Notes: generated by a model not told the origin, from the sequence alone. A stretch of DNA of 64,000 bases from Epiperipatus broadwayi (GCA_028023455.1 JAQFVV010000008.1:15748001-15812000), one strand, 5' to 3'; positions 12,953 to 27,149 are shown, numbered from the stretch's first letter. Translations and numbers: made by a program.

Positions 12953-13731
12953 AATGACAATTAATTTCTTGTTAATTTTAAAGCAAATTTGTTGATTATA
13001 TAAAATACAATTTACCTTTATACAAAGATGTTATTTTATATAATACAAAAAGATTATATAAAAAAATTTCTTTCCCAATATAATAATTTACACAAACAAT
13101 TTGGTAATTTTATATAAATGCATACAAAATTCAGAATTAAATTAAATAAATAATAATAATTCAGCAAAAATCACATAAAAAAATTTAAAAAAATCTTAAA
13201 TCCATACAATTATTGTAATTACCAATGTATATACATAAGAAAAATTATAAAAGATCTAGAAGACCACGTGGATATGTATAAAAAGAAATTTCAATGATAT
13301 GGAGAAAAGAGGTTAAGGTTAGTGCATGAGAAAGATGTGTAACTGAACAAGTGGTTAAGCAGAAATCTGGGCCAATGTTAAAATGACCTATTATTCTTTT
13401 GTTTGATTGACAAGTATTAGAGTTGGCAATTCCTACTATTGAGATGGAAACGTTAAGGTAAAAAAAAAATGGATAAGATTTAAGACAGAACAAAATGATA
13501 GAGAAATTAGGAATAAAATTAAAAAAGAAACCAAAAAGTAGTCTTGAAAAATGGAATAAAATGTATAGAAATAATTAAGATTTTTAGAGAAATATACATT
13601 ATATATATATATATAAATTGGGAATAAGTAACACCTATTACAAATGATATCATTCAAAAAGAGGCTATATTATATCATATCAAATATATGTGTATATGTA
13701 AAAAAAAAAAAAACTATTATTAAAAGATTAC

Positions 13732-13803
13732 CTTTATTTAGACATTCCTGAATCACTGAAGGTCCACCATAATTTCTTATTCCTTGTGAAATAGCACCGT
13801 TAG
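13732..13803 (-). CDS. PARP14-like: Internal exon (72 nt, phase 1-1) of the macrodomain gene
   Basis: Acceptor tatttag|, donor |gtaatc. Encodes (A)NGAISQGIRNYGGPSVIQECLNK(G), the GxVS.A....G..l..EC segment expected between the flanking macrodomain exons. Too short for the ORF track. Confidence 0.85.
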
Positions 13804-14859
13804 CTAAATAACACAAGTATAAGGCATAATTATTTAATAATTTATGGCAATATCAAAATAATAAAAAAATTATATTATAAATTTTATGCATTTGAAATTA
13901 CAGTATATATATAAATTGGTGAATATTATAATATGTAAATTAATTTACAAAAGAAAAAAAATCTAAAAATTAAAAATGTTATCATGAATTACTACAATTG
14001 TGATAAATAACTAATTATTCAAAATTAATAACAAATTATTGTGTAAAATCTTGCCAAAATTATATAAGAAAAAAACATAAAATTCACAATAAGCATAAAT
14101 CTATAAAATATATATGCAGGCTAATTCTCTTCTTATATGATTTTTTTTGCACAATTTTAAAATAACAAGAGTTTTAAAAATATATATTTCTCTTTTTACA
14201 CAACAGCTACTGTAATGTATTCATGATTAAAATGAAGAAATGAATGTTATCTTCTGGAAGGCTTAAAAAAAAAAAAAAATCAGCTTACCTTCTCAAAATA
14301 ATTCTCAGATTGTCTTAAGTTGTTATTAAACATTTTTTAAAAATTTTAAATAATTTCATGTAAGTAATACAAAATAATTTTGTTTCCTTTTTACAAAATT
14401 GTAAAGGTTTTTAATTCAGTCATTATTTAGATTTGTTTCTAAGGTTGAGTTCGTCATGATCACATCACAAAACTATAAAAAAAAAATTTATGTCTGTTAT
14501 TATCTTTCATACTTCTTTATTTTTCATTACTTTAAATACAAAAATCTCTTTTTTGGCAATATTCCTACAAATGGAGAAATTTGTTTCTCTGCATTGTAAT
14601 GTTTTGTTTTGAAAGGGAAGTACCTTTTTGGTATTAATGCCTTATTTACATTATGACATTTGGTTTTTAAAAAAAATTCCTTGTTGATATTTTGTTTAAA
14701 ATTAATTGATTAATTTATTTAAATTTATATTTATTAATTTTGCCAAAAATCAATAGATGGTAAGTTATACATTGCAAGTTTTAGTGATAGCAATGGTATT
14801 CCAATCATGCGTAAATGTATGCATCTATTGCCAGACAGTGACAATGAATTAAATCTTGG

Positions 14860-15666
14860 ATACTGTTGTATCTTGTAAAAGTTTTATACAAATTTGTGCT
14901 CTCCAGAAAAACTAGAATTTATTAGAGAGAGATTTTTTTTAAATCGCGAGCTGATAACTGATAAAAATTTAATTAAAGAATTAACGTAATGGCGATCGAT
15001 AAAATTCCAAGAAATATTTGCTGATTGCAAATATTTCTAGATAAGATATCTTACCTTATTGGAGAAGGTAATTAATTGTAACAGTTATCAGAAAGCTATA
15101 AAAGGGGTATGTAAGGCCATTTTTGAGTGCATCTCCAGTTTACTTTCCTGTTCAATTCCGGTGTAGGAGAGATTAGTATCAGTGCTTTGGTTAATGTCCA
15201 GCACTCAGTGGAAATGTAGTTCACGAGCATAGCTGAATAGGCCCACAGAGATTGGGAGACTATAACCTGAGGAAACTGTCTGGATAGCAGCCAAATGTAG
15301 AGTTGAGTTTCCAGCGGTTTTCAAGTCGAGTTATTGGTGGACTGTTGCAGAGACGAAAGCTGTAAGGAGCTTATAGTCGGTCACAGTGCTACAGTACAAT
15401 GTGCTCGTGTGCAGTTAAACTGGTCTGGGCCAAGGTGTGCATAAACCTAGCCCATTTGTGAACCGTTTTTGTAGCAGCCAGCCTGAAAGTACATTGTTGG
15501 AATTAAACATTAGTAAACTGTTGAGTTAGTGTTGTTGCAGACTATTCGCTATTCTGATTCCCTAAAATATTGTGAGTTTTTTATGTATATATTCATTTGC
15601 TGGCCACCCAGTCATACTTGCGGACTCAGCAGTTACTTTTCTGTTTTATGAATAAGCAAGATAACA
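14860..15666 (+). mobile_element. Possible solo LTR (unclassified)
   Basis: GC-richer island with a TATA-like CTATAAAAGGGG (~15098), ending ...GATAACA. No TSD or partner LTR found; left boundary is a guess. Confidence 0.3.
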
Positions 15667-17168
15667 CCCACATTTTTGATAAATGTACAGTTCCAGAGAT
15701 CTACAATTTCTCTTTTCGAATGTGTTAATTGTTAAATTAAAAAAAAAAGCACAAGTTAAATGAAATAAAAGTAATAAATTCCGATAAATTACATTAATAA
15801 TCTTTATTTATACATATATATATATATGCTTTTACTTATAACGTGGAAGTGATGATATCCTTTTAATTGTAAAGTTTTCGATGGCTTATGTAGAGAAAGC
15901 AATGAGTGTTTCATCATAAGTGTTATGACTTTCAGGTTTTTTTATTTTTCAAATAAAATTTATGTTCCTGTAACTCATTTTTTATTTATGTTCAATGTGT
16001 ATGAAGTAAAATTTATTAGCACACAAAAAATATAACATTATAATGAAACTTTTCAGATGATTTATTTTTGTTGATTTCTTAAGTCTGGAACCAATCTTCT
16101 TATTTTCCATATATACAATGTGTTTTTTTACACGAATTTATTTTACACATAATTTTCAGGAACCAATCTATTGTGTAGAAAGAGAATTAGGTGTATATTA
16201 AAATGAACTATACAATCCCTCTTAATTTATATGCATTACTAGCAGTAATACACCTTACAACAATCTACAGTCATATTCATGAAGATAATTTGCTTGAAAT
16301 TAAATTAAATTTATTAACTGTTTTATAAATGTATGCAAATATTCCAAATAAAAAAAAAATCATTTTGGAAAAAAAAACCAATTTTGCTTCCAGTTCTTAA
16401 ACCCCCCCCCCCCCAATGATGACGATAAGAAATGGGGGGGAAAATATAAAACTCATAATAAATTGATCTCGCCTAAAAATTCTCAGGATTATTTATTTAA
16501 AAATCATAAATAATTATTTGTAACTTAATTGAAATAGTTATTTTGATGTATAATTATTAATCTCTCTATTAAGAAATGTGTATTTATTAATTATATCTTT
16601 TAATTTCTATAGATTTATTAAATTACATAACATATCAACATGCATGAGTTTATGTTCAATAGACCTATTTTCAATGGTATATATATATTAAAAAATAATA
16701 ATATTTAAGGGATTTTGTGACAAAATATCTTCTTTAGCTAATAAAAAAGTGATGAATAATCTTTAAATAATCATAAGAGATGGCATGGTTCTTTAATATA
16801 AAGTATTTTTTGACTAAGAATGTCATAAATTTATTCATGGAAATATAATTATATAACAAAGACATCCTGCTCTTTCCTGTCATTCTGATTATTGGAATCA
16901 ATATTGTTATTTGTATTTTTGTTGTTTTCACTTGTGATGATAATTGTCATTACTACTGGTATTATTATCAGTTAATAGATATATACTATTGCCTTATAAT
17001 CACTTCAATATTTCTTCAGTTACATATAAAATATTGCACTAATGTTTGTGGCTATTTACTTATACATATGTTAACTTCATTCTTTAGTTAATTATCAATC
17101 AATAATTTTCTATTAAAACATACAGATATCTTTATATATATATACCAATTGTAATAATAATGATATAC

Positions 17169-17279
17169 CTGAAGACAAATTCAAGTTATTTCCAATACTA
17201 TTGACTAGTATGTCTGTATTTTCTTTAAATATATCACCAGTTTTCAATTCTACATTTATACCATTGATGCGGTACACAC
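17169..17279 (-). CDS. PARP14-like: Internal exon (111 nt, phase 1-1): start of the second macrodomain
   Basis: Acceptor tttttaag|, donor |gtatat. Encodes (G)VYRINGINVELKTGDIFKENTDILVNSIGNNLNLSS, with the GDI..E..D.LVNS macrodomain N-terminal motif. Confidence 0.9.
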
Positions 17280-17739
17280 CTTAAAAACACAAAATAAATA
17301 TATATATATATGGAGATGATGGATATTGACAGATAAATATATAGATAGATAAAATGAATTATATTACAATTTACAACATATACTTGTTTTCAAGATTTAA
17401 AATTTTTCCATGCAAATAAAAATTCTTATATTCTATACATGCTAATTAATAATAAAACTATGTAAAGCTTATAGTATTAAACACTTTTCTTTCTCTTTTC
17501 TTTTTTGAGATGATTAAATTACTGATAAATTTAAAGAATAATAATTCCTCTCATTTGTTGTACTTCTCACTGCTTGAAAAGTTTACTAGATGGTTATAGC
17601 AAAATGATATTCCTACAATAATCATTAGAATTGATATAAAAATAAGATTTATGTTAATAAGCTACATATATAAATCTACATGATGATAGAAAAACCAGTA
17701 TTTATAAATAAGGATATTTGAGTAATATTACATTTTTAC

Positions 17740-18770
17740 AGAAAATACTGATTTCAATGCCTATCCATCTGTTCATCCATACATATATTGCAGTGTATAA
17801 TGTCATATTTTAAAGAATATTTATAAAAATGCAACAGCAACAATTAGATTACATAATGATACTAGGAAAGTCAACATTGAAAAGGGTATAAGACAGGCTG
17901 ACTCCATTTCTCCAAAACTTTTTACAGCAGTGCTGCAATAAGTATTTTGTGGATTAAAATAGGAAATTAAAGGAGTGAAAGTAAATGGGGATTATTTAAG
18001 TCATTTATATTTTACAGATGATGTAGTTGTTTTTGCAAATAATGCTTTAGGGCTTCAGGAAATGTTGCAGGAGTTATCAGATGAAAGTGGGACTAAAGAT
18101 AAATGTCAATAAAACTAAAGTAATGTTCAATGGATTTTCTCAAAATATGAAATAAAGATTGACTAAGATGAGTTAGAAAAAGTTAACAGCTACAAATACC
18201 TTTGTCAGATTATTAATACAGATGAAAACGTAATGGATGAAATTAATCATAGAATTAAACTTGGTTGGAGTGTTTTTGGTAGAAATAACTTGATACTAAA
18301 AGGAAATATGCCTATGTGTTTGAAAAGGAAGGTTTTTAATGTGTTTTACCAGTTCTTACTTATGGATCTGAGACTTGGACACTTAATAGAAGAGCAATAC
18401 AGAGACTTTAGACAACTCAAAGAAGTATGAAGATATACATGTTAGGAGTAACAAGAAGAGATCGAAAATGCAATGTATGGGTAAGAGAACAAACAGGTGT
18501 TACTGATGTCATTGAAAAAATTGAAAAATTGAAGTGGAATTGGGCTGGATATTTTGCTAGAAGAGATGATAATAGATGGACAATTAAATCTTAAACGGGA
18601 TTCCAAGAGATTGTAAAAGATCCAGAATGAGACCACATGTGAGATGGATGGATGAAATAAAACTGTGCAGGGTGATGTGGAGAAGAGAAGCTAAAGATCG
18701 GAGAAGATGGATTGAACTTGGAGTGACCTTCATCCTGCAGTGGATTGATAATGGTTGATGATGATGATAA
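17740..18770 (+). mobile_element. 5'-truncated RTE-like LINE (decayed RT C-half)
   Basis: Disrupted frames read YKNATATIRLHNDTRKVNIEKGIRQADSISPKLF, YFTDDVVVFA and EINHRIKLGWSVFG...MPMCLKRKVFN. Ends in a (TGA)n microsatellite tail. Confidence 0.8.
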
Positions 18771-19524
18771 TCTAAATAATTATTTTCTAATATAATTCCA
18801 AGAAAGCAACACTTAACACGTAAATGTAATTTTTTTATATTTAAGAAAATAGTATTATTAAGAGGAATCTTATGTCTGAAAAAATAAATAAGCCGGATAA
18901 AAATATATAACGCAATAAAAAATAAAATTCACACCAAATAAAAAATTGAATCTGATGAAATATTATAAATTTCTTCAAAATTCTTAGTAGCTTTATCAAA
19001 ATAAACCAAAAAATTACACTGGGAGTCTTAGTACAAAAAAAATTAAAACTCAAACATATGCTGATGGTAAGATTAAAAACTAATCATATAGATAGACTGC
19101 TATTATTACAAACTGTGCAAATTAAAAATCTACTTTGCAACTATCTTTAGATCAGTCAACATGTTGTCCCAAAAATATACACAAAGTTATAATTTCTATA
19201 GCATGTATGTAAATAAAAAAAAGTTGAACTATTAAAAATCAGATCAAAGTAAATTTATCCTTTCTTCAAAACATAGGAAATCAAAAAAATTTCAATTCTC
19301 TGATAAAAGTTTATTCCCAAACAAATAATAATACTACAGCTTTTAATATCAGAATACTATTACATCAGCTTAGATGCAAAAAATTGGTCAAATAGTATAA
19401 TAAATAACACATTTTTATAAATAAGTTTAATTTATCCATAAGATGTAGGAATAATTGCATTGATCACCTGTGTATGATATACAAAAGCAATAAATTTGCA
19501 CTTTCATGCTAAAAAATCATTTTC

Positions 19525-19620
19525 ATGTCAAGCGCAGCAGCCTTGCAGGCAAGCAATTGCTTGCAGACAGTTGTCACGGGTTCGCTTCCCACCGATGCTT
19601 TGACATATGGAAAAATAAAA
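19525..19620 (+). mobile_element. Degenerate tRNA-SINE copy related to 4910-5020
   Basis: Shares GCCTTGCA...TTGCAGAC..TTGTC..GGTTCGC.TCCC and an A-rich end with the 4.9-kb copy. Confidence 0.45.
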
Positions 19621-22529
19621 ATCATTTTTATAACAACTGAAGCAGAAAAAATATGAGAGTTTTAATATTACACAATTGTCAAAAACTATTACATCTATAA
19701 TATATCTCTAATATACTCATTTATGAATAAGTTCAATAATGTCTGAAAGCAAAAATTATCAGACTATGCTAAAAGTTCATTTTAAAATCAAATCAGAAAA
19801 GAAAACAATATAGTGGAAGACTGATGTTAAAGCACAATATTGCCATTCTAATTGGACAAATAAAAACGTGCTCAGAATGTAGTTCTTTTATGAAAAAGTT
19901 GATTTGTAATAAGTTAAGTTAATTAATTCATTATTGATTCTCAAGTATGTATAAAATATAAAAGTTTAAGCTTATTCATGGAGCAAATAATTCCAAACAC
20001 ATTTTATAATAACTTCCATATCATATTTTTAAGGAATAATGCAAACCATTCCCACCTTCAGTGTGAATGCCCATTCATTGGTCAGATTTTAAAAAATAAC
20101 TACTTTTATCTGATTCCCAGTTTGTTAAATGATAAATGAAATAAGATTCAATATTTTGAAAATGTGAAATTTTTATATTATCAATCATTTTTATAATTTC
20201 ACATTGTATTAATCAAACCAGTTCACAGTTTCAAATAACAAACTAGAAGAAATTTTAATAATTTTACTAAGTTTGTAAATAAATCATAGCTATTAAATAT
20301 GTAACATTAAGAACATAAATTTATTCGTGGAACAAGAAATACCAAAAATGTAACTACAAATCACAAGTCACTTCTTAACATTAATAAACTTGTAAACAAC
20401 ACCCATTATCTTGTATTAATATTAATTCATTGGTTAAATAATATGTTGAGAGTTAATTGCTCCATGAATAAGTTTTTATATTCTCAACATTACATATTTA
20501 ATGGATATGATTTATTTATAGACTTACTAAAATTATTATAATTTCATATGGTTTGTTATTTAAAACTCTAAGTTAGTTAGCTTAATTAAAAATTACAAAA
20601 ATTGCCATTGGGCTGTTATCAGATAAAAGTTATCATTTTTCATCTGATCAACAAATTAATAATAATTTGTAACTTTACTAATGATTCTTTAAGAATCTGA
20701 CTTGTAAATGGTTGCAGGAATATAATCGGAGTTACTTGCTCCATAAATAAGTTTGTATATGCTCAGTGTTACATATTTAAAATAATTGTAATTTATTTAG
20801 GGACTTGTTAAAACTTATAATATATACACAAAAAGATTGCAATTCAACATTAAATGTTTATCTCCAAAATGTCAACAGAAAAACAATTATGAAGTGGTTA
20901 TTCTTATGTTATTTATACTGTAATTTCTGAAAAAAAAATATACAAAAAAAAACAAAAACATAACTTTTATTATGAATTTTCTGCCATATATACATTTCAA
21001 TTTTTTTTTATAATAATCAATCAAATGCAATTAAGTAATGATTTTTTTTTTTAATTTTTAAAGGAATATTCACTAATAAATTAAACAATAAGTATAGACA
21101 AACTTTTTTAAACATTTCACGGATAAATTTTACGTAGCAACAATTTATGAAATATATAAAAATTATGTAATTTTTATTACTCCCAATTTCTGGCACAATA
21201 GCAATGTAAAATATTTTCACATTCATGTAAATACAGTAATAAATTTACATTATTCATTTTAATTTTTATTTTTTTAAGAAATATTTATTAATAAGTTACA
21301 TTTAAATCATGCTAATATATTATGATTAATTTTAAGCACGTTCATATTTTATCAGCATAGGTAGACCCCTACGCTTTGAAAATATTTATTGTCATGAAAG
21401 CATGTCCAATTAATAAGCCAGTATGTATGAAGAATAGTTCCTTTCATAATATTTCATTATAATTATATATATTGTAACCTTCCGCTTAGCTAGATAGAGA
21501 CAGATGTGGATAGGAAGTGCCAGAGAGATGCATTTGTAATAATGTATTCACCAGGGCGCCAAATTGTAACTATATCCATCAGCTGCTGTGCCAACTCAAG
21601 ATCATCATCACTTGACAAATTGTAAGTCCATGAGGAAAGCAAGTTTTCAAAATTTTTCAAAAAAAAAATTATAATAATAATTTAAGTTATAAATAGTATG
21701 TTTAGTTCTCATTTTGAATCCCATAATTATTAAATAAATGAATTAATTTGACAAATTATTGAAATCTGAAAACAACTCTCCACCACAGACTCAAGTCATA
21801 CAAACTCAACACAGCTATATGATCCCTCATGGCAGCTACAACAATTCCAGTTCTCTATTTCTTATGTTTAGATTGGTGTGAATGGATTGGTAATCCATGT
21901 AGAACCTCAAGAATCAGGCTCACAAGAAATATTAAAAGTTTTACTACCCACATAAAAGAAGAGAAGTCTTAACTCACCCCCCCCCCCCAACATATTAATT
22001 ATCTCTTTAGTCTCCACATAAACCACCTTCCAAAGTTACAATTAATTTCTTTTAAATGTTTATGTTTTTCCCCATCATATCTCTACCACAAATATTGCTC
22101 TCCACAATGCCATCTCTCTCACATGCATACAGGAGTGGAATGTACAATATTCTGAACTCAATAACTCTTCATTGTGATAGTATAACCGCAATGATAACGT
22201 CATCATTTAAAAGTTTCTGATTGTAAAACCTCTTGTTCTCAGGGTCCTGATTTATAGTGTGGAGTTAGAACTAATCACTTCCAAATTTATTGCAGACCAT
22301 TGAACACTATCCCAACGAATTTAACTCGAATAGACATACACTCATTTTAGAAGCTAAAATCTACTCTCAACTAAGGATAATAATCCTAATCATAATACTA
22401 ATAATAATAAACATTAGAAACTACTAAACAGTAAAAACAGTGAGGATTGCCAATTCCTCTACAAGCTTTATGATAAATGCTTAGCCAGAGCCAGCACTTA
22501 AAATATCTCTGTCAGGAACTCCTCCCCAA

Positions 22530-22573
22530 ACCCCTAACCCATGGTTTCGTGCTTTGGCACTCCTCAGAAAGGT
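22530..22573 (-). ncRNA. Type-I hammerhead ribozyme (family B, host-sense copy)
   Basis: Minus strand reads accttt CTGAGGA GTGC-CAAA-GCAC GAAA CC-ATG-GG TT^ aggggt. Core complete, perfect helix II, 3-bp helix III, GUU site, helix I with two G-U pairs. Confidence 0.7.
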
Positions 22574-22900
22574 GGTTCAGACATTAGATATAAAAATACC
22601 AACCCAAAGCCAAGCACTTATCTAAAAGTTATCTATTGAGTGGAAAATCTGAAATTTTCAGACATCTACATGTCTTCAAACCCAGCTATCCAACCCAAAT
22701 AGCTATATGGGGCTGATAGATTTTCAGCCATACCCCGCTGAAGATCTATCAGCCCCATATAGCTATTTGAGTTGGATAGCTGGGTTTGATGACATGTAGA
22801 TGTCTGAAAATTTCAGATTTTCCACTCAATAGATAACTTTTAGATAATTGCTTGGCTTTGGGTTGGTATTTTTAGATCTAGTGTCTGAACCTACCCTGAC

Positions 22901-22943
22901 ACCTCTCTGAGGAGAGCCAAAGCACGAAACCATGGTCAGGGGT
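22901..22943 (+). ncRNA. Type-I hammerhead ribozyme (family B, plus copy)
   Basis: acctct CTGAGGA GAGC-CAAA-GCAC GAAA C-CATG-G TC^ aggggt. Canonical core and GUC site (cleavage after 22937), palindromic ACCATGGT helix III, one helix-II mismatch. Confidence 0.8.
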
Positions 22944-23807
22944 TTGGGGAGGGGTTCCTGTCAGAGATATTTTAAGTGCTGGCTCTGGCTAAGCATTTAT
23001 CATAAAGCTTGTAGAGGAATTGGCAATCCTCATTGTTTATAACTTACAAGCTTAAGAGATAGAGTCATGTGATCCACGACTTATTTTGACTACTAAACGG
23101 TTACTTAAATGAAATATTTGTTTATAATAAATTTTGACTAGAATCTTAGCGACTAGGAAGGTATAGTGCAATAAACTTAACAAATTAAATATTAAATTTA
23201 AAATTAAATTATTCTATTAGATGTTTGCCATATGATCATCATAATTTCAAATATGAGTAAATATTTCAGCAAATTAATTCTCAAATCTCCACAAACAAAA
23301 AAAATATATATATATTAATTTAATAGCAATATTTAATAAAGATATTTTGTGACACATCTGCACTGGAAAACATGGAATATTTTCTATAACTTTTCTATAT
23401 ATCGGATTTCTGGAATCAATGAATACCCAAGCATTAAGACACAACACCAAAGTATAAATTCAAAACAAAATATTTATTAACATATTAACGATAAATACTA
23501 CAATATAAAACACAAACATCATAGCGATCCAAACAGGAAAAGAAAATAATGAAATAATAATTACAAAATATATCTATAATAGATCTACACTGGCTACGGA
23601 TTACAAATTCTTTCCGGGTTCATCCCATCTTGGATAGAACCCTCGTCCCAACATTGGTACTCATATTCTAGTACTGGGGACAAATAACTCATATTATAGA
23701 CTATTCAATAAGCTGTTTTGACCCATGATATATTAATTTTAAAATGCCAATTATTTTCTTCTCTGAAGCAGCACTTCATCAATACTAATATTACAATAAA
23801 TATAATT

Positions 23808-24837
23808 GAGATATTTATTTTATATAGCATGATGTTTATGAATTGTAATAAACTAAAGATCAGCTTTTCAAGCTAATTCACATGCGCTTTAGGAATCTTA
23901 TTAAAAAATAAATACTTTCACTTCCAACACAAGATAAAGTCTTTGCGAAAGAATAGAATGAATCCACCTATTCTTTCAACCCAAATACTTAAGTATGGGC
24001 AAATCTTAAGCACTGGAAAGCGTGAAGATAAAGCAATCACTTTAAATTACTTTTTACTATGTCTGAATGAATGACGCCATCGAAATTTTCTAGAATTTAC
24101 AATACGTCATTCTTAAATGAAACTAAACATATGTAAATGAGACCTTTCTTTTATATAGCGCGATGTTTATGAATTGTAATAAACTAAAGATCAGCTTTTC
24201 AAGCTAATTCACATGCGCTTATGAATCTTATTGATAAATGAATACTTTCACTTCCAACACAAGATAAAGTTTCATTTAAGAATGATGTATAGTAAATTCT
24301 ACAAAATTTTGCTGGCATCATTCATTCAGACATTGTAAAAAGTAATTTAAAGTGATTTGTTTATCTTCACGCTTTCATTTCCAGTGCTTAAGATTTGCCC
24401 ATATTTAAGCATTTGGGTTGAAAGAATAGGTGGATTCAATCTATTCTTTCGCAAAGACTTTATCTTGTGTTAGAAGTGAAAGTATTCATTTATTAATAAG
24501 ATTCATAAAGCGCATGTGAATTAGCTTGAAAAGCCGATTTTTAGTTTATTACAATTCATAAACATCATGCTATATAAAATAAATGTCTCATTTACATATG
24601 TTTAGTTTCATTTAAGAATGACATATCGTAAATTCTACAAAATAATTGGTTTATCTTCACACTTTCATTTCCAGTGCTTAAGATTTGCCCATACTTAAGC
24701 ATTTGGGTTGAAAAAATAGGTGGATTCATTCTATTCTTTTGCAAAGACTTTATCTTGTGTTGGAAGCGAAAGTATTCATTTATTAATAAGATTCATAAAG
24801 CACATGTGAATTAGCTAGAAAAACTGATCTTTAGTTT
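23808..24837. mobile_element. Concatemeric ~336-bp-unit retroposed repeat with internal inversion (family F2, homologous to F1)
   Basis: About 1.4 units forward (23808-24270), then inverted units (period 336, 24269->24605; the second has a ~50-bp deletion). 13-bp TSD AATAAATATAATT at 23795-23807 and 24838-24850. Collinear with F1 over the whole unit. Confidence 0.8.
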
Positions 24838-27080
24838 AATAAATATAATTATTATTGGAACAATTAGCTTTAGCTTTTAGCCCTTATCAAATTAAATCAA
24901 TATTTCATTCCCTCCACTAAAATATTCACATATATTATAAATTACTCTAATTTGGTATTTAAACTTATAACTAATTTTACAAGCTATTACTCCCTATAAA
25001 CTTAATGCTTAACTTCTATTTTATAATTGTATAATAATTTAAGAAGTTACAACATTCTGCACACACACTTGTATTGCATACTAGAGCCCCAATATGAGTT
25101 TCTCTACCACTATTTTACCAGTCCAGGGGTGACTTGCTTTAATATGAACTAGATGTGGTGCACATTGCTTGTCCAGGTTCAAATTATTAACCTTAAATTT
25201 GGAATAATTATCGGTTCAATAACAAGCTATGATCTAAGCTCAGTTATACTATACATCAATTTCTAGAAATATGTTTTTACTTATAATTCCCTAACGCAAA
25301 TATTGTGTTCATTTTGCCTTGAAATCATATATAAATGATGAAATAGATGTTACATTATTTAAATTCAAGTATACAAAATATCTTTTCAGCATGAATCAGC
25401 TATTTACTTAAATGATACTTTGGTTATCAATTTAGTTATTATGTAAAATTGATCAACATTGTTGATGAAAGAATTTAGTTACAATTTAATAAGTATGATT
25501 AATTAGATTTTTGTGAGATATAGAATTAAGTTTTTTCCTTTGTTATAATATGAATTATCTACCTATTACTTGCAAGATATTGACAAAAAGAAATCATCAA
25601 GAATTGGTTTTTTAATAGGTGGAAAACAAAATATTTTTTTATTTATTACAACTAATAATAATTTTATTATTAGAATAACATATCATTTGTTTTTTCAAAT
25701 TGTTCAAAAGCATATTTATTATTTTAATGATAGAATCCATCCATCTTATTGCCAGTTGTCCTCTATTCTTTTCCAAGCATTTTCCAACAAATATACTAAT
25801 ATACAAATTTGTATGCAGATCAGGCTTAAATAAATTTCTTTCTATAATTATTAGCTTTACTAACTGTATTAATTATAATACAAAACATAATCAAATTATG
25901 ATTATATAATAACTAGCTACAAACTTATAACTATATACTTTGAAGCTCCTATGAACTTTCTATTTTGATAAAAAATAAAACTAAGATTTTTTTTCATTTC
26001 TTTTCAACACAATTGATGCCATGGATTTACACCTTTCACACATTGAAATTGTATTGTGATTGTAATAATATCATCAAAGATTGCCATTTAAATACTAACA
26101 ATAGTAAAAGCATTATCATCAGCTTTAAATATATATTGTAAAGAGTACAAATGAATAGGGATAATATGGAGGAATGACAATTATTATCATCCCTACTGAA
26201 AAATCACAATAATCTCAATTAACAGTAACAACAAATGGTCATCAACAAATATAAAAAGAGCCGGGGAGAATTGGTATAAAGTAAAATAAATAGTTATACA
26301 ACTATGAGTTACATTACCAATACTAAACATGAATAATGAACAGTCATCCCTTGTGACTGAATTTAAGAGAGATTTAATGCCAACATGTAAATTATCTAGT
26401 CAATTCAGACTTATGACATACTGTAACTGTTGGAATTTCACAGTCTACATGCAAATTACCCGAGGGCAATTCACATGTGCATTACACATTCTGAATCACA
26501 GAATACCAACTTTTCTTTTACAGCCTGCTAAGGTCAGGGAGAAACAAGAAACTCATAAAACTGTCAAAAATAACAAGACAACATTATTTATTCATGTATA
26601 TACAACACAACACATACACTGGCATGACTTTAGTTAATTAGTTCATAAATAAACTTAAGGTAAATAAACCTTTCCAATTTTTTTTTTAATTTTGATTATG
26701 CTCACATATGGTACACGGTGGTATATTAATTCAATACTTTAAAATGTCCTATTTTATACTATTAATGTTAAGTATTTGAATTGATTCTAATCTATTGCAT
26801 AGACACCTAAGTGCTCTCAACTAATATCACCGCTGTCCTAATACTAATTGATAAAGCATATAAATTAAGGCTAGTCTTACTACTGTCTGTTGTGATCAAT
26901 TACAGGTTATGATAGTAGTATGCAATAAATAATAAAATATAATCAGAGATTCACATCTGTATTACAATAGTTATATAAGAATAAATACATGTGGTAATTG
27001 TATGCCTGTGGTAGGAATTAACCTTCTACTGCATGTAGAGCATACAGTGACGGGTAGTCGCATAGTATCACTATGACATA

Positions 27081-27139
27081 CCTTCTAGCATCCATTGACT
27101 ACTCTGTCTTGCACTGGGTGGAGAATTTTGCCTGTTTTA
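27081..27139 (+). mobile_element. Hammerhead family A 3' fragment
   Basis: CCTTCTAGCATCCATTGACTACTCTG...GAGAATTTTGCCTGTTTTAA matches the right-arm end of the other family A copies. Confidence 0.6.
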
Positions 27140-27149
27140 AGAACAGTAT

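Larger units (their letters stand above)
22435..23039. mobile_element. Penelope-type inverted-arm insertion, hammerhead family B (~600-bp palindrome)
   Basis: Arms ~22435-22725 and ~22738-23039 are near-perfect reverse complements, each with a hammerhead core. The upstream block is homologous to family C at 55.6-56.3 kb. No TSD identified. Confidence 0.75.

Noticed and set aside
14288-14480. Possible extra exon ending AAG|gtaagc
   Set aside because: Phase 0 donor incompatible with the phase-1 chain, no macrodomain similarity, and 17169 to 13803 already joins seamlessly.
8105-24837. CRISPR-like or satellite interpretation of the tandem units
   Set aside because: No unique spacers, eukaryotic context, and both arrays are bounded by 13-14-bp TSDs.
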